From an uncultured Burkholderiales bacterium (lineage in GTDB: Bacteria > Pseudomonadota > Gammaproteobacteria > Burkholderiales > Burkholderiaceae_C), in contig CAIMTJ010000092.1 of the NCBI GenBank assembly GCA_903844385.1, positions 2,826 to 66,825 of the forward strand: DNA of 64,000 nucleotides. Direction: 5' to 3'. Below are positions 42,706 to 51,253 of this stretch, piece after piece (the first letter of the stretch is position 1; each line of letters begins with the position of its first letter). The notes under the pieces are model-generated. The model searched no databases. It saw only the letters and a program-made list of their open reading frames with translations, and was not told the DNA's origin. Made by a program: the position numbers and the translations under genes.

Positions 42706-43290
42706 GTGAAAAACGAACACGATGAATTGATCGCCCAAACGGCCGCTCCCCTGGTGGTTCAAGAGGGCTTGGAGTACCGAGACGCCAAGCGCCAAGCGTT
42801 GAAGCGTCTGGGGCTGGGTCCTCGCACGGCCTTGCCCAGCAACGCGTTGGTGGAAGCGGCGGTGAGGGAGTACATCGACATCTTTTGTGCCCAAGAGCAA
42901 GCCGAGCAGTTGCAGCACTTGAGGGGATTGGCGCTGGTGTGGATGGGGCGCTTGCGCGAGTTTCGGCCCCACCTCTCGGGCGCTGTTTGGCGGGGAACGG
43001 CCAGCGAGCACTCGGATATTTACCTGCAACTTTTTTGCGATGACCCCAAAAGTGCTGAAATTGAGCTCATCAATCAAGGTCTGCGCTACCAAGTCACGCG
43101 CGTGCGCGGCTTCAAGGGCGAGGACGTTGATGCCCTGAGTTTGAACGTCCAGTCAGCGGCCTTGTCGCGGTATGTGGGTGTGCATTTGATGATTTATGAC
43201 CTCGATGACATCCGCGGTGCCCTCAAAGCCGACTCCCAAATGGGTTCTTTGCGGGGCGACGAGCAAGCCCTTCTTCGCATGCTGGAGTAA
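42706..43290 (+). CDS. Conserved hypothetical protein, nucleotidyltransferase-like
   Basis: AKRQA, LPSN, GAVWRGTASEHSDI; divergent from mpl; GTG start assumed. Confidence 0.7.
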   Translation: MKNEHDELIAQTAAPLVVQEGLEYRDAKRQALKRLGLGPRTALPSNALVEAAVREYIDIFCAQEQAEQLQHLRGLALVWMGRLREFRPHLSGAVWRGTASEHSDIYLQLFCDDPKSAEIELINQGLRYQVTRVRGFKGEDVDALSLNVQSAALSRYVGVHLMIYDLDDIRGALKADSQMGSLRGDEQALLRMLE

Positions 43291-43299
43291 GATGCCCCC

Positions 43300-43887
43300 A
43301 TGAACGAAGAGACCCCCCACCCTTCAGCCTCGAATGAGCCCCAGGTTTGGAGCCGTCGCACCAGCGTTTTGGCCGGACTGGGTGTGGCGCTTGTTGCCAG
43401 CGCGGCGGGTTGGGGTGTCAACACTTGGCTGCGAAAAGGCGGTTTTTCGGGTGTGGGTTCCTTGTCCGAGGCGGCTCAAAACGCCTTGTGGTCCGCCAGC
43501 TTCGATCAGCCCAACGGCCCCCCTTTGGCCATGTCGAGTTTTAAGGCCAGACCCCTGGTGCTTAATTTTTGGGCAACCTGGTGCCAGCCCTGTATCGCTG
43601 AAATGCCCTTATTGGACGCTTATTACAAGCAAAATGCTGCCAAAGGTGTTCAAGTGCTGGGTTTGGCCATCGATCAACCCAGTGCCGTCGCGCATTTTTT
43701 GTCGCAACGTCCGGTGAGTTATCCGATTGGACTGGCCGGTTTGGTCGGTCCGGAGTTGAGCAAAAACTTGGGTGATGAGCAAGGCGGCCTGCCGTTCACC
43801 TTGGTGCTGGGCGCCCATGGGGAATTGCTTCATCGCCACTTGGGTCGTTTGCACGAGGCCGATATCGCTCAATGGCAGTGGGCTTGA
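43300..43887 (+). CDS. TlpA-family thiol:disulfide oxidoreductase
   Basis: N-terminal TM, LNFWATWCQPC..EMP, GLPFT. Confidence 0.9.
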   Translation: MNEETPHPSASNEPQVWSRRTSVLAGLGVALVASAAGWGVNTWLRKGGFSGVGSLSEAAQNALWSASFDQPNGPPLAMSSFKARPLVLNFWATWCQPCIAEMPLLDAYYKQNAAKGVQVLGLAIDQPSAVAHFLSQRPVSYPIGLAGLVGPELSKNLGDEQGGLPFTLVLGAHGELLHRHLGRLHEADIAQWQWA

Positions 43888-44130
43888 TCGCGGGTTTTAC
43901 GGTAGATGACTTCCAATTGATGTCAATGGTGCTCAATTAACATTAAAATGGGCTCAACGAGGCCTAAGGTGTTGGATGAATCGATGGTCTGCATGGGTGG
44001 GTGGCACCAAGGCATTGAGCTGGAGTCACCCTTACCCCAATCAGCGGCTAAATAAAAAATAAATTTTTAGTGCTTTTTAAGCCGATTTGGTGTAAATTAA
44101 GGCTTCTTTAGCTTGAAATAACGTATTTTT

Positions 44131-44595
44131 ATGGATTTGAGAAAACTTAAAACTTTGATCGATTTGGTCTCTGAGTCCAATGTGGCTGAATTGGAGATCA
44201 CGGAGCCCGAGGGCAAGGTGAGAATCGTCAAAAGTGTTGGTGCCCAGTATATACCCTCAGGTGTTTCTTCGGGTGTGGTGCCACTGACCTTGTCCCCACT
44301 CGAGAGCCCCGCTGTGGTGGTGCCCAGTGTTCCTCCAGTGGTGGAGACTGCCGCGAGCACGTCCCACACCGTCAAATCCCCCATGGTCGGCACATTTTAC
44401 CGCTCCGCCTCTCCCGAGTCCAAAGCCTTTGTGGAGGTGGGCTCGGTGGTCAATGAGGGGGATACCATCTGTATTGTCGAGGCCATGAAAATTCTCAATG
44501 AAATTGAAGCCGATAAGAGTGGCACCATCACCCAAATTTTTGCTCAAAACGCTCAGGCTGTCGAATACGGCAGTCCTTTGTTTGCGATTGAGTAA
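44131..44595 (+). CDS. accB: Biotin carboxyl carrier protein
   Basis: [28 protein letters not shown]. Confidence 0.97.
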   Translation: MDLRKLKTLIDLVSESNVAELEITEPEGKVRIVKSVGAQYIPSGVSSGVVPLTLSPLESPAVVVPSVPPVVETAASTSHTVKSPMVGTFYRSASPESKAFVEVGSVVNEGDTICIVEAMKILNEIEADKSGTITQIFAQNAQAVEYGSPLFAIE

Positions 44596-44606
44596 AGGGG
44601 CGCTTC

Positions 44607-45953
44607 ATGTTTAAAAAGATACTGATCGCCAACCGTGGCGAGATTGCCCTGCGCATCCAGCGTGCTTGTCGAGAACTGGGTGTGAAGGCCGTGGTGGTGT
44701 ATTCCGAAGCCGATCGGGAGGCCAAATACGTGAAGTTGGCCGAAGAGGCGGTGTGCATTGGGCCGGCGGCCTCTGCGCAAAGCTATTTGAGCATGCCCTC
44801 CATCATCGCCGCCGCCGAGGTGACCGACGTGCAGGCCATCCATCCGGGTTACGGTTTTTTAAGTGAAAACGCCGATTTTGCCGAGCGGGTGGAGAAAAGC
44901 GGTTTTCAATTCATCGGACCCACACCCGAGTCCATTCGAATCATGGGCGACAAGGTCGCGGCCAAACAAGCCATGATCAAAGCGGGGGTGCCTTGTGTCC
45001 CAGGCTCCGAAGGCGAGCTCTCGAGCGACCCAGTGCAAATGCGCAAAGTGGCCAAGGCGGTGGGCTACCCCGTGATCATCAAGGCGGCAGGTGGGGGCGG
45101 TGGCCGCGGCATGCGCGTGGTCTACGACGAAGAGTCCTTGGTGCAAGCGGTGCAAACCACCAAGTCCGAGGCGGGCGCTGCCTTTGGCAATGCCGCGGTC
45201 TACATGGAAAAGTACCTGCAAAACCCCAGGCACATTGAAATCCAGATTTTGGCCGATCAGCACAAGAATGCGATTTACCTCGGTGAGCGCGATTGCTCCA
45301 TGCAGCGCCGCCACCAAAAGGTGATTGAAGAGGCACCCGCGCCGCATATTCCCAGAAAACTCATCGAAAAAATTGGCGAACGCTGCGTGGCCGCTTGCAA
45401 GCGCATCAACTACCGGGGTGCCGGTACGTTTGAATTTTTGTATGAAAACGGCGAGTTTTATTTCATTGAAATGAACACGCGTGTTCAAGTTGAACACCCG
45501 GTGACGGAGTACATCACCCATGTGGACATTGTGCAGCAGCAAATCCGCATCGCCGCCGGTGAAAAACTCTCCTTGACGCAAAAACAAGTGGAGTTCAAAG
45601 GTCACTCGATTGAGTGTCGCATCAATGCGGAAGACCCCTTCAAATTCACCCCGTCTCCAGGGCGCATCACCACTTGGCATGCCCCAGGCGGTCCGGGTGT
45701 TCGGGTGGACTCGCACGCTTATACCAACTACATGGTGCCGCCCTACTACGACAGCATGATTGGAAAAATCATCGTGCACGGCGACACCCGAGAACACGCG
45801 TTGGCAAGAATGCGAACCGCCTTGTCGGAGATGGTGGTCGAGGGGATCTCCACCAATGTGGCCTTGCACCGAGAGGTCATGATGGATCCCCAGTTCATCC
45901 AAGGCGGCACCAACATTCATTACTTAGAAGCTTGGCTTAAAAAACGCGCATGA
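44607..45953 (+). CDS. accC: Biotin carboxylase
   Basis: [38 protein letters not shown]. Confidence 0.98.
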   Translation: MFKKILIANRGEIALRIQRACRELGVKAVVVYSEADREAKYVKLAEEAVCIGPAASAQSYLSMPSIIAAAEVTDVQAIHPGYGFLSENADFAERVEKSGFQFIGPTPESIRIMGDKVAAKQAMIKAGVPCVPGSEGELSSDPVQMRKVAKAVGYPVIIKAAGGGGGRGMRVVYDEESLVQAVQTTKSEAGAAFGNAAVYMEKYLQNPRHIEIQILADQHKNAIYLGERDCSMQRRHQKVIEEAPAPHIPRKLIEKIGERCVAACKRINYRGAGTFEFLYENGEFYFIEMNTRVQVEHPVTEYITHVDIVQQQIRIAAGEKLSLTQKQVEFKGHSIECRINAEDPFKFTPSPGRITTWHAPGGPGVRVDSHAYTNYMVPPYYDSMIGKIIVHGDTREHALARMRTALSEMVVEGISTNVALHREVMMDPQFIQGGTNIHYLEAWLKKRA

Positions 45954-46855
45954 TTGAACTCCAACTTTTGGCGCCCCAGTCCTTGGTGGAAGGCTTGAGC
46001 GATGCCTTGCTTGACTTGGGCGCGCTCAGCGTGAGCGTGGAAGACGCCCAGGCCAACACCGAGCAAGAAAAGGCACTCTTTGGTGAGCCCGGCAGTGTGA
46101 TCGCTGTTGCCGCGTGGGAGAGCTCCAAAGTGCTGTGTCTCTTTGAGGATGAGGCGAGTGCACAACAAGCCTTGGGAGCTTTACGCGAACTCGATGGGCC
46201 CCTTGATCTCGAGGAGTCCCAGGGCTGGCAACTCCACGCGATGAAGACCGTCGAGGACCAAGACTGGGTGCGCTTGACCCAGTCGCAGTTTCAACCGGTG
46301 GGCATTACCCCAGACTTCTGGATTGTGCCCAGTTGGTCTGAGGTGCCACAAGCGGCGCAAAAAGTCATTCGACTCGATCCGGGTTTGGCGTTTGGCACGG
46401 GCACCCATCCCACCACACGCATGTGTTTGAGCTGGTGCAGTCGCCAGCAATTTGATCACCAGCGCGTCATGGACTACGGGTGTGGCTCGGGTATTTTGGC
46501 CATTGCCGCGGCACTGCACGGCTGCCAACACGTGCAAGCCGTGGACATCGATGAGGCAGCGGTCGAATCCGCCCGTCAAAATGCCCAAGACAACGGTGTG
46601 GCCGCCTCCATTGAGGTCGGTCTGCCCGATGTGGCGAGCGGTGTCTTTGACGCTGTGTTTGCCAACATCTTGGCCAGCCCCTTGAAAGTCTTGGCGCCGT
46701 TGCTCGCAGCGCTCGTGCGACCTGGCGGGGTTTTGGTGCTCTCGGGAATTTTGGAGCGTCAGTCCGAAGAGCTCCATGCCGCGTATGCGCCCTACGCGGA
46801 CTTGCAAGTGATCGATGCCCAAGAGGGTTGGGTATTGATGAGTGCGCGCTTTTAA
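45950..46855 (+). CDS. prmA: Ribosomal protein L11 methyltransferase
   Basis: [29 protein letters not shown]. Confidence 0.96.
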   Translation: MIELQLLAPQSLVEGLSDALLDLGALSVSVEDAQANTEQEKALFGEPGSVIAVAAWESSKVLCLFEDEASAQQALGALRELDGPLDLEESQGWQLHAMKTVEDQDWVRLTQSQFQPVGITPDFWIVPSWSEVPQAAQKVIRLDPGLAFGTGTHPTTRMCLSWCSRQQFDHQRVMDYGCGSGILAIAAALHGCQHVQAVDIDEAAVESARQNAQDNGVAASIEVGLPDVASGVFDAVFANILASPLKVLAPLLAALVRPGGVLVLSGILERQSEELHAAYAPYADLQVIDAQEGWVLMSARF

Positions 46856-47112
46856 GGCCGCTTGGATTCGCTCTCGCGTGGCGGCTCAACGCCATCGCGC
46901 CTGAGGTAAAGCCAGGCGTGATTCAAGTATGATGCGTGCCATGTCGGGACAAGTCTGGCATGGAACATTCGAAGGGACCAAAGCAGGCCTTGGTTCAGGC
47001 GGATTGTTGCCGCCACCGCCCAGCCCTCTCTTTTTGATGTGTAACGAGCCAAGAACTCAAGCCCCACGCCCACCGCACCACAAGCCACAAGCCTCAAGCC
47101 CAACTTTTGCTG

Positions 47113-48021
47113 ATGAGCCCCCACACGAGCGAGACACCCTTGTCTGCACCCGAATTGCTTGACCCACAGGCTTCACACCCGTCATCTGCGGGGATTGAAT
47201 CCATCCAATGCCCTCGCTGCCACACCCGCTACGAAATGGGTGAGCAGTATCTCGCCCCGGCCGAGGGGTGGGTGCGTTGTGGATCGTGTGAGCAGGTCTT
47301 TTTTGCGCCGGCGTGTTTGAGTCCCACTGACGATGTCTATCCCCCGTTCGCGCAGGGTGTCGAGCGCGAGCGTGAAAGTTCGGCGGCGCTCGACCCCAGG
47401 GGAGAGCGCTTGAGCAATCCAACCCATCGCGCGTCACCATCCTCGCTTGCGAGTCCAAGTGGGGTCAGCCGTGACCGCCCGGACCTGGTCTCAAGCAGCG
47501 CCCATGCAACAACAGCACCCCACGCCCAAGGCCACTTGCTGACATTTCGCACGGCACTCATCACCGTGCTGGTGCTCATTGCTTTGTTGAGCCTGGCGGT
47601 CTTGGAGATCTATCGCTCGCGCCACGTATTGGCGGCCATGTGGCCCGAACTCAAACCCGCCTTGACGAGTTTTTGTCAGCCCCTGTCATGCGCCTTGGAG
47701 ATGCCTCGGGACTTACAAGCCATCAGCATCGAGAGCAGCGCCTTGGACCTCGACCCTGAGCAGCCTCATCGCTATGTCTTGAGCGTCAAATTGAGAAACC
47801 ACAACACCTACCCCGTTGCAGCTCCTGGGGTTAAATTGGTGGTGCTCAATGAGCAAGAGGCGGCGGTCTTTGAGCAAACCTTTGACTTCTCACCCCAGGC
47901 GCCCAGCCAGGGCATAGAACCCGGTGTCCTCACGCCTTGGCGAGTGAGCGTCTTCATCAACGAGTCGCTTCCGCAAAGGCTCGCAAGCGGCTACCGAGTG
48001 GAGCTGGTGGATCCGCCTTGA
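47113..48021 (+). CDS. Zinc-ribbon / DUF3426 membrane protein
   Basis: CPRC...GWVRCGSC, TM, C..L.C motif; follows prmA. Confidence 0.85.
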   Translation: MSPHTSETPLSAPELLDPQASHPSSAGIESIQCPRCHTRYEMGEQYLAPAEGWVRCGSCEQVFFAPACLSPTDDVYPPFAQGVERERESSAALDPRGERLSNPTHRASPSSLASPSGVSRDRPDLVSSSAHATTAPHAQGHLLTFRTALITVLVLIALLSLAVLEIYRSRHVLAAMWPELKPALTSFCQPLSCALEMPRDLQAISIESSALDLDPEQPHRYVLSVKLRNHNTYPVAAPGVKLVVLNEQEAAVFEQTFDFSPQAPSQGIEPGVLTPWRVSVFINESLPQRLASGYRVELVDPP

Positions 48022-48111
48022 CCCCCTTTTTTGAACATCGTCTTCTTGTTATCCAGAGACCGCGTTTTTTCAGTCCATTTTTTTTAACTCAACTTTTACC
48101 TCAACAACGCC

Positions 48112-49020
48112 ATGGCTTCTTTAATTTGTGGATCCTTTGCCTTTGACACCATCATGAATTTTGAGGGTCGGTTTTCCGAACAGATCTTGCCCGATCAGTT
48201 GCACATCCTCAATGTCTCTTTTTTGGTCCCCACCCTCAAGCGGGACTTTGGGGGGTGTGCGGGCAACATTGCCTACAGCCTCAAGCTCTTGGGTGGTGAG
48301 CCCGTGCCCATGGCCACTTTGGGGCAAGACGGTGGAGTGTACTTGGAGCGCTTGAAGGGGCTCAAGATCAGCACCCAATGGGTTCAACAAGTCAGTGACG
48401 GCTACACCGCTCAGGCCATGATCATGACCGACAAGGACAACAATCAAATCACGGCATTTCACCCCGGTGCGATGAACCAAGCGCATTTGAATGTCATCCA
48501 AAGGTCAGATGTTGCACAAATCGCCATCATCGCGCCCGACGGCAAAGACGCCATGATCAGTCACGCACAACAACTCCACGATTTGAAGATCCCCTTCGTC
48601 TTTGATCCTGGCCAAGGCTTGCCCATGTTCAATTCGCAAGAGTTAAAACGTTTCATTGAACAAGCGTCTTGGGCCACATTCAATGACTACGAGGCCAAAA
48701 TGCTCGAAGATAAATTAGGGGAGTCATTGTCTTCTTTGTCCAAACAGCTCAAAGGCTTGATTGTGACGCTGGGCTCAGAGGGTTGTGATGTTTGGGTGCA
48801 AGGAGAGGTCTCGCGGGTGTCTCCTGTGGCCGCTCAACAAGTGCTCGATCCGACCGGGTGTGGGGACGCGTGGCGAGGCGGGCTGCTCTTTGGCTTGGAG
48901 CGGGGTTGGAGTCTAGAGCGGTGCGCTCACCTTGGCAACCACTTGGGGGCCCTGAAGATTGCTCATCAAGGGCCACAAAACTACCACTTGAGCGACGCCA
49001 TTCGCGCTTTACTGGTCTAG
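48112..49020 (+). CDS. PfkB-family carbohydrate kinase (adenosine kinase-like)
   Basis: GGCAGNIAY, FDPGQ, NDYE, DPTGCGD. Confidence 0.9.
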   Translation: MASLICGSFAFDTIMNFEGRFSEQILPDQLHILNVSFLVPTLKRDFGGCAGNIAYSLKLLGGEPVPMATLGQDGGVYLERLKGLKISTQWVQQVSDGYTAQAMIMTDKDNNQITAFHPGAMNQAHLNVIQRSDVAQIAIIAPDGKDAMISHAQQLHDLKIPFVFDPGQGLPMFNSQELKRFIEQASWATFNDYEAKMLEDKLGESLSSLSKQLKGLIVTLGSEGCDVWVQGEVSRVSPVAAQQVLDPTGCGDAWRGGLLFGLERGWSLERCAHLGNHLGALKIAHQGPQNYHLSDAIRALLV

Positions 49021-49046
49021 TCTAGAGGGGGCACGCCAGCCCCATG

Positions 49047-49078
49047 AAAAAAGCCCGGGACCTGTTCGGTACCGGGCT
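49047..49078 (-). terminator. Intrinsic terminator of the histone H1-like gene
   Basis: Minus strand AGCCCGG...CCGGGCT followed by a T run. Confidence 0.7.
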
Positions 49079-49097
49079 AGAGATCAACACGCTTCAC

Positions 49098-49532
49098 TTA
49101 GGGCTTGATTGCCGTTGGAAACGGCCAGGCAGCTTGTGGGTTGAGTGTTGTCTGCGCAGCAGGAGCGGCAACGTGTGCAACTCGAGGGTGCGCAGGGGCA
49201 GCAGGTTTCTTCGCGGCTTTTTTAGCTACTTTTTTTTTTGCAGCAGGCTTCTTAGCAGCAGGCTTTTTGGCCGCAGGCTTCTTAGCAACCTTTTTAGCGG
49301 CAGCTTTTTTAGCAGCAGGCTTTTTGGCCGCTACTTTTTTTGCTGCTGGCTTTTTAGCGGCAGCTTTTTTAGCAGCTGGCTTTTTGGCCGCTACTTTTTT
49401 TGCTGCTGGCTTTTTAGCCGCTACTTTTTTAGCAGCTGGCTTTTTCACCGCTACTTTTTTTGCTGCTGGCTTTTTAGCCGCTACTTTTTTTGCTGGGGCC
49501 TTTTTTGCGGCCGGTTTTTTTGCAGTTGCCAT
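49098..49532 (-). CDS. Histone H1-like nucleoid protein (AAKKP repeats)
   Basis: (K)KPAAKK/KKVAA repeats, C-terminal LNPQAAWPFP. Confidence 0.9.
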   Translation of the reverse strand: MATAKKPAAKKAPAKKVAAKKPAAKKVAVKKPAAKKVAAKKPAAKKVAAKKPAAKKAAAKKPAAKKVAAKKPAAKKAAAKKVAKKPAAKKPAAKKPAAKKKVAKKAAKKPAAPAHPRVAHVAAPAAQTTLNPQAAWPFPTAIKP

Positions 49533-49731
49533 AATTTACTCCTAGATCAAGTTATCAGATCGTTGGGTTAAAAAGCACTTTTCACTCGGATGAGTGCAAA
49601 GCGATTCAGGGTGTTGGACCCGGGTCCAGCACCTTGAACGGGGTGCGTCAAGAACAAACTGGCTCTCAAGCCCAAGGGCGAAGTCAAGTCAGTTCCAGAC
49701 AAATTCAGCATATTCAAATGGGTGTGATCCA

Positions 49732-50973
49732 TCAGTCCCAAGACAAGGTACCACCGGTTTGGTACTCAATGACGCGGGTCTCAAAGAAGTTGCGCTCTTT
49801 TTTAAGGTCAATCATCTCGCTCATCCAAGGAAAAGGATTCTCTTCGTTGGGGAACAAGGCGTCCAGACCAATTTGAGTGGCGCGGCGGTTGGCAATGTAG
49901 CGCAAATAGCCTTTGAACATGGAGGCGTTCATGCCAAGCACGCCACGTGGCATGGTGTCTTCGGCATAGCGGTATTCCAACTCAACAGCGTGCTTGAAGA
50001 GCTCAATGATCTCGGCTTTGAAGCTGTTGGTCCAAAGCTGGGGGTTTTCCAATTTGATTTGGTTGATCAAGTCAATGCCAAAGTTGCAGTGCATGGACTC
50101 ATCGCGCAAAATGTATTGGTACTGCTCAGCCGCACCGGTCATTTTGTTTTGACGCCCAAGCGCCAAAATCTGCGTGAAGCCGACATAAAAGAAGAGCCCT
50201 TCCATCAGGCAGGCAAACACAATCAAGGACTTGAGCAAGGTTTGATCGGTTTGCATGGTGCCCGTGTGAAAATTCGGGTCCATGATGGCGGCAATAAAGG
50301 GGATCAAAAACTCGTCTTTATCGCGAATGGATTGGACTTCGTTGTAGGCGTTGAAGATCTCGCTCTCATCGAGCCCCAAAGACTCCACAATGTATTGGTA
50401 GGCATGGGTGTGAATGGCCTTTGAAGAGGCCTGTCGCAACAAGAACTGGCGGCATTCGGGTGCGGTGATGTGGCGGTAAGTGCCAAGCACGATGTTGTTG
50501 GCGGCCAAGGAGTCGGCGGTCACAAAGAAGCCGAGGTTGCGTTTGACAATACGGCGCTCGTCTTCGGTGAGCCCATTGGGGTCTTTCCAAAGCGCGATGT
50601 CACGCGTCATGTTGACCTCTTGGGGCATCCAATGGTTGGAGCAAGTGGCCAAGTATTTTTCCCAAGCCCACTTGTACTTGAAGGGCACCAACTGATTGAC
50701 ATCGGTCTGTCCGTTGATGATTCGCTTGTCCTCGGCGTTGATGCGACGAGCTGGTGGCTTGGCGGCTTTCAGTGCGTCGGCGGCGAAGCCTGGGTGGGGG
50801 TTGGGAGCAAGGGTGACTGAAGGCACTGGAATGGGTGCGCCATCATTGAGAGTGCGTGTCACAGAGGGTTGAAATGCCAAGTCATTTGGAGGTGACTCTA
50901 CCATGCGACTCATGGAGTCACCGAGGTTTGGTGTTGGCGATGTTGGCTTAACTTCTTCGTCCCAGGTCAGCAT
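49732..50973 (-). CDS. nrdB: Ribonucleotide reductase beta subunit; first ExxH ligand apparently disrupted
   Basis: [33 protein letters not shown]; reads RQASSKAIH instead of RQAFEEAIH. Confidence 0.93.
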   Translation of the reverse strand: MLTWDEEVKPTSPTPNLGDSMSRMVESPPNDLAFQPSVTRTLNDGAPIPVPSVTLAPNPHPGFAADALKAAKPPARRINAEDKRIINGQTDVNQLVPFKYKWAWEKYLATCSNHWMPQEVNMTRDIALWKDPNGLTEDERRIVKRNLGFFVTADSLAANNIVLGTYRHITAPECRQFLLRQASSKAIHTHAYQYIVESLGLDESEIFNAYNEVQSIRDKDEFLIPFIAAIMDPNFHTGTMQTDQTLLKSLIVFACLMEGLFFYVGFTQILALGRQNKMTGAAEQYQYILRDESMHCNFGIDLINQIKLENPQLWTNSFKAEIIELFKHAVELEYRYAEDTMPRGVLGMNASMFKGYLRYIANRRATQIGLDALFPNEENPFPWMSEMIDLKKERNFFETRVIEYQTGGTLSWD

Positions 50974-51253
50974 AGATAATTTTCCAATGTTCGGATTATG
51001 AATGCAACGCGTTGAAATGAAAAGAGTTCATTCAAAATGTGTTGCAAGAGTGTTGCTCAATTGCATCGGCTTGATGCAAAAAAGCGTGAAAGAAAATTTT
51101 GATATGTGTTCGATCAAAAATAAATGACGCCATGGCTTGGATGAAATAAGCATACCAAGTTGAGGAACAATGATTGACTTCACCAGCGTCTTGCCACCGA
51201 GCCAACCCACGCCGTGTGGGCTGTCTTGGCGACTTGCGCGGTGTGGGTTTCAA

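Noticed and set aside
49105-49545. Plus-strand FLAAG-repeat ORF (also 10562-11131 on the minus strand)
   Set aside because: These are antisense mirrors of the Lys/Ala repeats of the H1-like gene and dksA.
51061-51083. Hairpin TTGCATC-GGCTT-GATGCAA between nrdA and nrdB as a terminator
   Set aside because: The T run precedes the hairpin on the transcribed strand, which is the wrong geometry.
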